DNA of 64,000 nucleotides from Acidobacteriaceae bacterium (lineage in GTDB: Bacteria; Acidobacteriota; Terriglobia; Terriglobales; Acidobacteriaceae): the NCBI GenBank assembly GCA_035503835.1, contig DATJSY010000009.1, positions 3,130-67,129 on the forward strand. The letters run 5' to 3'. Below, one piece after another: positions 57,519 through 64,000 of this stretch. Within the stretch, counting starts at the first letter, position 1. Each line of letters begins with the position of its first letter. The translations under genes and the position numbers were made by a program. The notes under the pieces were generated by a model, which ran no database searches, had not been told where the DNA came from, and saw only the letters and a list, made by a program, of their open reading frames with translations.

Positions 57519-58820
57519 TTGATTCCGCGCTATACCCGCGCTCCGATGGGCGCTGTCTGGAGCGAGGAAAGCAAATTCCGCGCCTGGCTGGAAGTCGAAA
57601 CCGTGACCAGCGAAGTCCTCTCCGAGGACGGGCTGGTTCCCGCGGCAGCTGCCCGCGCCATCCGCGAGCGCGGCGGCTTCGACCTGGAGCGCATGCACGC
57701 CATCGAGTCCGAAGTTCGCCACGATGTCATCGCCTTCACCACCGCGGTGGCCGAAAAGGTCGGCCCCGAGGCGCGCTGGCTGCACTTCGGCCTCACCTCC
57801 AACGACGTGGTGGACACGGCGCAGGCCCTTCAGGTCAAAGCCGCCTCCGCCATCCTGCGCGAAGACATCGACCGCCTGCTCGGCGTGCTGAAGGCCCGCG
57901 CCCTCGAATTTAAGAACACGCCCACGGTCGGCCGTACCCACGGCATGCACGCCGAGCCCACCACTTTTGGCCTCAAGGTGCTGAACTGGTACGCCGAGAT
58001 GCGGCGCAATCGCGAACGCTTCGAGGCCGCCGCCGAGCAGATGCGCGTGGGCAAGCTCTCGGGCGCCGTCGGGACCTTCGGCCACCTCAGCCCGCACCAC
58101 GAGGAGCGCATCTGCGAACGCCTCGGCCTGGTGTCCGCGCCCATCGCCACGCAGGTTATCCAGCGCGACCGCCACGCGTACTACGTCGCCACGCTGGCGG
58201 TGCTGACCGCGACCCTCGACAAGATCGCTACGGAAGTGCGCCACCTGCAGCGCACCGAGGTGCGTGAGGTCGAAGAGTATTTCTCGCCGAAGCAGAAGGG
58301 CTCCTCGGCCATGCCGCACAAGCGCAACCCGATCACCGCGGAGCAGATCTGCGGCCTGGCGCGCGTGGTCCGCGCCAACTCCCAGGCTGCTCTGGAAAAC
58401 GTCGCCCTCTGGCACGAGCGCGACATCTCCCACTCTTCAGTGGAGCGCATCATCCTGCCCGACTCGACCATCCTGGCCGACTACCTGCTCGCCAGGACCG
58501 CCGACCTCATCGAGAAGCTGGTGGTCTACCCTGCGCGCATGAAGAAGAATCTCGACTCCACCGGTGGCCTGATCTTCAGCGGCCAGCTCCTGCTCGATTT
58601 AGCTGAAGCCGGCATGTCGCGCGAGGACGCCTATCGGCGGGTGCAGCAGCACGCGATGAATGCCTGGCAGAACGACCTCGTCTTCCGCGAGCTGGTCGCT
58701 GCCGATCCCGAGGTGTACACGCGGCTCAGCCCGGAAAAGCTGGCGCAGACCTTCGATCTCGGCCGCCAGCTCGGCAACGTGGATGCCATCTTCGAGCGGG
58801 TGCTGGCAGGCGAGGCCTAG
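57519..58820 (+). CDS. purB: Adenylosuccinate lyase
   Basis: MIPRYTRAPMGAVWSEESKF..WLEVE...GLTSNDVVDTA...GRTHGMHAEPTTFG...SSAMPHKRNP. Confidence 0.93.
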   Translation: MIPRYTRAPMGAVWSEESKFRAWLEVETVTSEVLSEDGLVPAAAARAIRERGGFDLERMHAIESEVRHDVIAFTTAVAEKVGPEARWLHFGLTSNDVVDTAQALQVKAASAILREDIDRLLGVLKARALEFKNTPTVGRTHGMHAEPTTFGLKVLNWYAEMRRNRERFEAAAEQMRVGKLSGAVGTFGHLSPHHEERICERLGLVSAPIATQVIQRDRHAYYVATLAVLTATLDKIATEVRHLQRTEVREVEEYFSPKQKGSSAMPHKRNPITAEQICGLARVVRANSQAALENVALWHERDISHSSVERIILPDSTILADYLLARTADLIEKLVVYPARMKKNLDSTGGLIFSGQLLLDLAEAGMSREDAYRRVQQHAMNAWQNDLVFRELVAADPEVYTRLSPEKLAQTFDLGRQLGNVDAIFERVLAGEA

Positions 58821-58824
58821 GACC

Positions 58825-59436
58825 ATGCCGGAGCAACAGAGCCTCACCCTCACCGTCGCACTCACCGGCGCCAGCGGCTCGGTCTTCGGGAGTGCGCTTC
58901 TGGCCGCCCTCGACGCCGATCCGCGCGTCGGCCGCGTGCACTTCGTTCCTTCGGAGAATTCGCTGCGCGTGATTGTGGAAGAGCTGGGGATCTCCGGCCG
59001 CAATGGACTCCTGGAAAAGCTCCTCGGCCACACCTCGGCGAAGATCGTGCAGCACGCGGAATCCGATATCGGCGCGCCCATCGCCAGCGGCAGCTATTCC
59101 ACCGCCGGCATGATCGTGCTGCCGTGCAGCATGGGCACGCTGGCCGGTATCTCGAACGGCATGGCCGGGAACCTGATCGAGCGTGCCGCCGACGTCTGCC
59201 TCAAGGAGCGTCGGCCGCTCATTCTCTGCCTGCGCGAGACGCCCTTCAACAAAATTCATATCCGGAACATGGGCCTCGCCGCGGACGCCGGAGCCACCAT
59301 CTTTCCCGTCATGCCCGCCTTCTACAACCACCCCGCGAATTCGACCGAGATGGCGCGCCAGTTTGTCTTCCGCGTGCTCGCGCACCTCGGGCTGCCGCAG
59401 CCTGGCGCGTATGTCTGGAAGCCGGAGGCGCACTAA
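58825..59436 (+). CDS. ubiX: Flavin prenyltransferase UbiX
   Basis: I used the internal ATG at 58825, 4 nt after the purB stop. VALTGASGS...[44 protein letters not shown]. Confidence 0.88.
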   Translation: MPEQQSLTLTVALTGASGSVFGSALLAALDADPRVGRVHFVPSENSLRVIVEELGISGRNGLLEKLLGHTSAKIVQHAESDIGAPIASGSYSTAGMIVLPCSMGTLAGISNGMAGNLIERAADVCLKERRPLILCLRETPFNKIHIRNMGLAADAGATIFPVMPAFYNHPANSTEMARQFVFRVLAHLGLPQPGAYVWKPEAH

Positions 59437-59453
59437 GGCCAGGCGCTCAGCCT

Positions 59454-60014
59454 TCAGTCCAGGAGCGCGACAGCCTCGGCCAGCGAAGCAGCCACAGCAT
59501 CGGCCAGTTCCGCAGCCTGCGTGGCGGCGGCTTTCCCCGTCTCCGGATCGCCTTCAATAAAAATGGACCGCGTACCCAGGTTGCGCGCCGCCTGAATATC
59601 GGAAAGGGAATCGCCGATGACTACACTGTTCTCTGCCGAGGCGTCCGGAAAGTCGCGAAACGCCTGGCGGAAGAGGCCGGTCTTCGGCTTTCGGCAATCG
59701 CACGCATCAAGATCGTGCGGGCAATAATAGAAGGCGTCGATGTGTGCGCTGTGCGCTGCCAGGTGCTGCTGCAGCTGCGCATGCAGCGCCTCCACGTCGC
59801 CGGCGGTGTAGCGACCGAGAGCAATGCCACGCTGGTTCGAGACGACCACTGCGCGGCGCCCGGCCCGATTCAGCGCCGCGATAGCCTCTTCCACGCCAGG
59901 GAGCAGATGGAACTCGCTCCAGCGGCCAATGTACTCGCCCTCCGGCGCCTTCCGGTTCAGGACGCCATCGCGATCGAGGAAGATACAACGGATGCCATGG
60001 AAAAGAGGGTTCAC
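59454..60014 (-). CDS. gmhB: D-glycero-D-manno-heptose 1,7-bisphosphate phosphatase (HAD-IIIA)
   Basis: The start is the GTG at 60012-60014. [10 protein letters not shown]...[12 protein letters not shown]...YYCPH....C.CRKPKTGL...[12 protein letters not shown]. Confidence 0.8.
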   Translation of the reverse strand: MNPLFHGIRCIFLDRDGVLNRKAPEGEYIGRWSEFHLLPGVEEAIAALNRAGRRAVVVSNQRGIALGRYTAGDVEALHAQLQQHLAAHSAHIDAFYYCPHDLDACDCRKPKTGLFRQAFRDFPDASAENSVVIGDSLSDIQAARNLGTRSIFIEGDPETGKAAATQAAELADAVAASLAEAVALLD

Positions 60015-60119
60015 CGTGGGCGGAGTCTCGCAGGATTGGCGCTGGACGCAGCTAGTATGATAGCGAAGAATCCTCAGCGAATTGCACCGGTCGCGCGCGG
60101 GCCGATGGCGGGAGCAGGT

Positions 60120-60737
60120 ATGGCAGAAATGCCGGACAAGAAACAGGTGTTTGCGTCGGCCATCGCCGAGCATCTGGCGGTGATCGAAGCGCTGGGCGGA
60201 CAGCAGCCGGTGCTGGAGCGGGTTGCCGCGGAAATGGCCCAGGCCCTGCTGCGCGGCAACAAGGTGCTGTGGTGCGGGAACGGCGGCAGCGCGGCCGATT
60301 CCCAGCATTTGGCCGCGGAGCTGGTGGGTCGCTTTCGCCGCGAGCGGCGCGCGATGCCCTCGATCGCGCTTACCACGGATACCTCCATCCTGACTGCGAT
60401 CGGCAACGATTACGGCTATGAGCAGGTCTTCCGCCGCCAGGTAGAAGCGCTGTGCGTGGCCGGCGATGTGCTGGTGGGCCTGTCCACCTCCGGCAACAGC
60501 CGGAACGTCTGCCTCGCGCTGGCGGAAGCGCGCGCGCTGGGGGCTTTGACCGTGGCCTTCACCGGCGCGGGCGGCGGAGCCATGAAGCAAATCGCCGATA
60601 TTGTCCTGTGCATCCCTTCGCGGGATACTGCGCGCATTCAGGAAGGGCACATCCTCTGCGGGCACATGCTCTGCGACTGGGTAGAGCTGGAGTTTTGCGC
60701 GCGCACCGCATCGGAAAAGGGAAGCCTGACGCGATGA
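60120..60737 (+). CDS. gmhA: Phosphoheptose isomerase (SIS domain)
   Basis: This is the internal ATG at 60120, with GGAG upstream. [53 protein letters not shown]...[13 protein letters not shown]. Confidence 0.85.
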   Translation: MAEMPDKKQVFASAIAEHLAVIEALGGQQPVLERVAAEMAQALLRGNKVLWCGNGGSAADSQHLAAELVGRFRRERRAMPSIALTTDTSILTAIGNDYGYEQVFRRQVEALCVAGDVLVGLSTSGNSRNVCLALAEARALGALTVAFTGAGGGAMKQIADIVLCIPSRDTARIQEGHILCGHMLCDWVELEFCARTASEKGSLTR

Positions 60738-60810
60738 TCCAGGATCTCCATTGCGCCATTCAGTGCATTCAGGGTGACCGGCATCGGGTGCGTGTGCGCC
60801 GCGTACCGAC

Positions 60811-60993
60811 GTGATCGTGAGGGGTGGCGACTATGCCGAAGACGCCATCGTCGGCGCTCAGGAAGTGCGTTCCCGGGGAGGACGCGTCAGGATCGTGCCC
60901 ATCGCAGAAGGATTCGGCACCACCAGGCTGATCGCGCGCGCGAATCCGTCTGAGTCCGCCGGCGACCCCTCACGCCGGCCCGCGCTTCAGTGA
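60811..60993 (+). pseudogene. C-terminal remnant of a heptose-1-phosphate adenylyltransferase (RfaE domain II/HldC-like) gene
   Basis: (D)VIVRGGDYAEDAIVGAQEVRSRGGRVRIVPIAEGFGTTRLIARA matches only the last third of HldC (..LVKGGDY....I.G..EV...GG.V......G.STT.II..I). The nucleotidyltransferase core (CFD..H.GH) is absent, and gmhA ends only 73 nt upstream. Confidence 0.45.
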
Positions 60994-62186
60994 GCCACGG
61001 CCGCCGGGACCCCGTCCTTCTGGAACATCTGGCGGATGCCGCGCATCGCCTGGCGCGTGCGCTCCTCGTTCTCGATCAGCGCAAAGCGCACGTGCCCGCC
61101 GCCGTATTCGCCGAAACCTATGCCCGGGCTCACCGCGACCTTCGCGTCGCGCAGCAGCTTGGTTGAGAATTCCAGCGACCCCAGCGAACGGTACGGCTCC
61201 GGGATCGGCGCCCACACGAACATCGTGGCCTTCGGCGAGGCCACTTCCCACCCCGCCTTGTTCAGTCCCGCGACCAGGCAGTCGCGCCGCCGCCGGTAGG
61301 TGTCGCGAATCTCCGCGACGCAGTCCTGCGGACCTTCCAGCGCGAGGATGGATGCCACCTGAATGGGCGTAAAGGTCCCGTAGTCGAAGTAGCTCTTCAG
61401 CCGCGCCAAAGCGGTCACCAGCTCAGCGTTGCCGACCATGAATCCCACCCGCCAGCCGGGCATGTTGTAGCTCTTGGAAAGCGTGAAGAATTCCACCGCC
61501 ACTTCCCTGGCTCCGGGCACCTCCAGCACCGACGGCGCACGATATCCGTCGAAGACGATGTCCGCGTAGGCGAGGTCGTGCACCAGCCAGATGCCGTGCT
61601 GCCGGCACAGCGCGACCACCCGCTCGAAGAATTCGAGGTCCACGCACTGCGTCGTCGGATTCGCCGGAAAATTCAGGATCAGCATCTTCGGCCGCGGAAC
61701 CATCAGCGGGATCGCCGTCTCCAGTTCCGCCAGAAACGCGGTTGAGTCGTGGATGGGCACGCTGCGGATGGTCGCGCCTGCAATCACCGGCCCGTAGATG
61801 TGGATCGGATAGCTGGGATTCGGCACCATCACCACATCGCCCTGGTCCAGCGTGGCCAGGCACAGGTGCGCGATGCCCTCCTTGGAGCCAATGGTGACGA
61901 TCGCTTCCTTGTCGGGATCGAGCGCGACGCGGTAACGCTGCTGATACCAGTTGCAGATGGCGCGGCGCAGGCGCGGAATGCCCCTGGACAGCGAGTAGCG
62001 GTGCGTCTCCGGCCTGCGCGCGGCCTCGATCATCTTGTCCACAATGTGCTGCGGCGTTGCGCCGTCAGGATTGCCCATCCCGAAGTCGATGATGTCCTCG
62101 CCGCGGTGCCGCGCGGCCGCCTTCAGCTCGCCGGTGATGTTGAAGACGTAGGCGGGAAGCCGCCTGATGCGGGGAAACTCGTGCAC
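60987..62186 (-). CDS. Class I/II PLP-dependent aminotransferase (alanine/aspartate transaminase-like)
   Basis: [14 protein letters not shown]...[13 protein letters not shown]...[11 protein letters not shown]...PNPSYPIH...[16 protein letters not shown]. Confidence 0.88.
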   Translation of the reverse strand: MHEFPRIRRLPAYVFNITGELKAAARHRGEDIIDFGMGNPDGATPQHIVDKMIEAARRPETHRYSLSRGIPRLRRAICNWYQQRYRVALDPDKEAIVTIGSKEGIAHLCLATLDQGDVVMVPNPSYPIHIYGPVIAGATIRSVPIHDSTAFLAELETAIPLMVPRPKMLILNFPANPTTQCVDLEFFERVVALCRQHGIWLVHDLAYADIVFDGYRAPSVLEVPGAREVAVEFFTLSKSYNMPGWRVGFMVGNAELVTALARLKSYFDYGTFTPIQVASILALEGPQDCVAEIRDTYRRRRDCLVAGLNKAGWEVASPKATMFVWAPIPEPYRSLGSLEFSTKLLRDAKVAVSPGIGFGEYGGGHVRFALIENEERTRQAMRGIRQMFQKDGVPAAVAH

Positions 62187-62239
62187 GGTGCCCTCAGAGG
62201 TGGTCTCTCATGAGTTTCGCACGACCGTTGTCCAGCCGG

Positions 62240-64000
62240 TCACGGCGCCGGAAATCCAGGGACCGCGGCACCCGACCGAATCTGATCGACGGGAACCTCC
62301 ATCGCCCCCGCGGCGTCGCCGGTTACGTCGTGGACGCCGAGCCGCAGGAAATAATGGCCCTTCACCGGCACGGCAATGTGCGTCATCCACGGCAGCCCCT
62401 GCTCGAGCATCCGCAGGCAGAGTGCATCGTTGAAGTCGAATTTCGTGTTGTCCTCGATCGTGTTCACAATGTCGCCGTGGGCATCGTAGAGCACCGCGAC
62501 AAAGTCGACATTCCCGTGATGACGGCCGTCCGCCGTTGGCGTCAGTTCGAGGTTGCGCCCGCTGGCGTTGAAAAGGATGTCATACGTCCGGAACGGTTTG
62601 TGCTGCCACGGCTGAGCGAGATAGTTGTTCGCGGGCATGGGATCGTGTTTGTCGATCTTCTCCACCGTGGCTTCAGGGTGGATGCTCGCAACAAAGACAA
62701 TCTCCGTCGGCGGCACCGCGCCCAGCTGCATAACGGCGCCAAATCCTCCTTGCTTCGGCTGGCGGATCAATGCGCCGACCGGAATGAGCGGCGTACTCGC
62801 AACCGTCGGGGTGGGCGCCCCAACCGGAGCCGCGTTTCCGCCACTCACCGGCTTCACCGCAGCCTTGCCGTGGCGGCGCTTCAGCGCCCGCTGGACGGGG
62901 CGGTCCCGATTCAGTGCGTAATACCCGTGCCGGTACTCCAGCTGCGCCACCGGCCGATCGACGGTCAACGTGATATTCCGGTACTCGCCCTGCCATTTCG
63001 TGTTGGTGGTGGAGTACGCCAGCGTGTAGTACCCCGACGTCTCACTGGTAACTTTGGCGATCACCGAACCGACGTCGTTGAGGTTATAGAAGGCCTGGCC
63101 GCCGGTTTGGCGCGCCACCAGTTCCAGATTGTCGTCGTTCTCGTTCTGGCGGTAGAAATACCGCGTCGTGCTGAAGCCAGGGCGTCCGGCTCGCGCCGCT
63201 GAGAATCCCGGAGGGGCCTTCAGCCCGCGCGCATCCACCGGATACACGGCCACCCGGCTCGTCGTGAGCGCGGCCGTCAGATTGTCCAGATCGTCCGCGG
63301 GATCGTCCCCCGCGACCGAGAAGCTGTCATGAAACGGATCGCCAAAGCCGTAGCCGCGGAGGGTCATCGGCGCTTCGCCCGTGAACCAGATCAGGTTCTT
63401 CCGGCCGGGAAATCCGGCCAGATAGCGCCCCATCATCTTCATTCCGTCGCGCAGGATCTCCGCCCGCGCGCGCCGGTACTGCCCGTAGTCGCCGTGGATC
63501 GGCTTCGACAACGACGGAATGTCCCGCCTGCTCTCCGCGGCCGCCAGCAGCACCCGCGGATCAGAGGTAAATCCCTGAATCAGGTGCATCTCCGTGTCCA
63601 GCTGGAAAATGGCGATGGGTACGCCCGGCTGCATGTGGCGAAAGCAGCGGATCAGCTCCTGGCGGAGGTACTGCTGCGCAACGATGGGCGTATCGAGCGC
63701 ATCCAGCAGGATCACCGTGGCCACATTGGTGTTGGCCACGGGCGTGTAGTTGGTGAAAGTATTCGGCGGCAGCGCCGGTATCGTCTCCATCCGCGCCAGC
63801 TCAGCCGGCGTCATCGGCCCGTGCCACCTCAGGCTTCGAATGGTCTGCGGCGCGCCCTCCTCGGTCACGCTGAAGTCCGCCGCGGTCAGGCCCGGGATCG
63901 GATTGCCGGCGTGGTCGATGACCACGACGTCGAGGAGAACTTCCTGTACGGAAATGTGGTAGGTGAGGGTTGGCGCGGTCTGCGGGGCGGCGTCCGGAGC
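62240..64000 (-). CDS. VWA-domain protein of the 'VWFA-related acidobacterial' type; 5' end lies outside the window
   Basis: The frame stays open to nt 64000 (..TLTYHISVQEVLLDVVVIDHAGNPIPGLTAADFSVTEEGAPQTI..). This is the same family N-terminus as the 53040 gene, followed by a long extra C-terminal region. Confidence 0.7.
   Translation of the reverse strand, partial: APDAAPQTAPTLTYHISVQEVLLDVVVIDHAGNPIPGLTAADFSVTEEGAPQTIRSLRWHGPMTPAELARMETIPALPPNTFTNYTPVANTNVATVILLDALDTPIVAQQYLRQELIRCFRHMQPGVPIAIFQLDTEMHLIQGFTSDPRVLLAAAESRRDIPSLSKPIHGDYGQYRRARAEILRDGMKMMGRYLAGFPGRKNLIWFTGEAPMTLRGYGFGDPFHDSFSVAGDDPADDLDNLTAALTTSRVAVYPVDARGLKAPPGFSAARAGRPGFSTTRYFYRQNENDDNLELVARQTGGQAFYNLNDVGSVIAKVTSETSGYYTLAYSTTNTKWQGEYRNITLTVDRPVAQLEYRHGYYALNRDRPVQRALKRRHGKAAVKPVSGGNAAPVGAPTPTVASTPLIPVGALIRQPKQGGFGAVMQLGAVPPTEIVFVASIHPEATVEKIDKHDPMPANNYLAQPWQHKPFRTYDILFNASGRNLELTPTADGRHHGNVDFVAVLYDAHGDIVNTIEDNTKFDFNDALCLRMLEQGLPWMTHIAVPVKGHYFLRLGVHDVTGDAAGAMEVPVDQIRSGAAVPGFPAP

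Noticed and set aside
60734-60814. A 26-codon ORF ([26 protein letters not shown]) overlapping the gmhA stop, taken as an independent micro-gene.
   Set aside because: It has no recognisable motif. It is better explained as the decayed 5' part of the truncated hldC-like gene, and it is mentioned under that finding.
1-64000. tRNA, rRNA, tmRNA, RNase P RNA, SRP RNA, integrase or transposase genes, and prophage or defence-island hallmarks.
   Set aside because: I scanned the intergenic regions by eye for T-arm-like GGTTCGAATCC or conserved RNA motifs, and the ORF list for recombinase, nuclease, helicase or ATPase defence signatures. I found none. A covariance-model scan would be needed to exclude small RNAs.

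Overview
This is a visibly GC-rich chromosomal segment (GC not computed) with dense coding on both strands. It reads like an Acidobacteriota (Terriglobia-type) genome: there is an ADOP-type MacB/FtsX permease without an adjacent ATPase, two 'VWFA-related acidobacterial' secreted proteins, and several TPR, Big_2 and TonB-C secreted proteins. Most genes are housekeeping: rplS, rnhB, malic enzyme, ubiD, trmFO, purQ, glyQ/glyS, ftsQ-ftsA-ftsZ, uvrA, murQ, purB, ubiX and gmhA/gmhB. I found no rRNA, tRNA, CRISPR array, transposase or integrase.

The accessory or unusual content is:
- Three type II toxin-antitoxin cassettes (Phd/YefM-PIN, AbrB-type VapB-VapC, ParD-ParE). Each has a 4-nt stop/start overlap; two are wedged between convergent genes, and two have operator-like repeats or palindromes upstream.
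- A candidate GlcNAc-type exopolysaccharide locus built around a 1167-aa protein that fuses GH18-like, CE4 deacetylase and GT2 synthase domains. It is bracketed by two paralogous GT-C-like membrane proteins. This is the best candidate for an uncharacterised system in the window.
- Four apparent gene lesions: an in-frame TAG in a YihY/BrkB gene, a 1-nt frameshift in a TonB-C gene, a PagL-like outer-membrane protein ORF with no stop of its own that runs in frame into vapC, and a C-terminal remnant of an RfaE-II/HldC gene next to gmhA.
- A UbiD gene whose conserved N-terminus lies upstream of any ATG/GTG/TTG. It probably starts at a CTG preceded by a GGAGAG Shine-Dalgarno.
- A short in-frame extra segment in uvrA that resembles a dispersed repeat.

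All family calls come from reading the translated ORFs for motifs. No database search was run.
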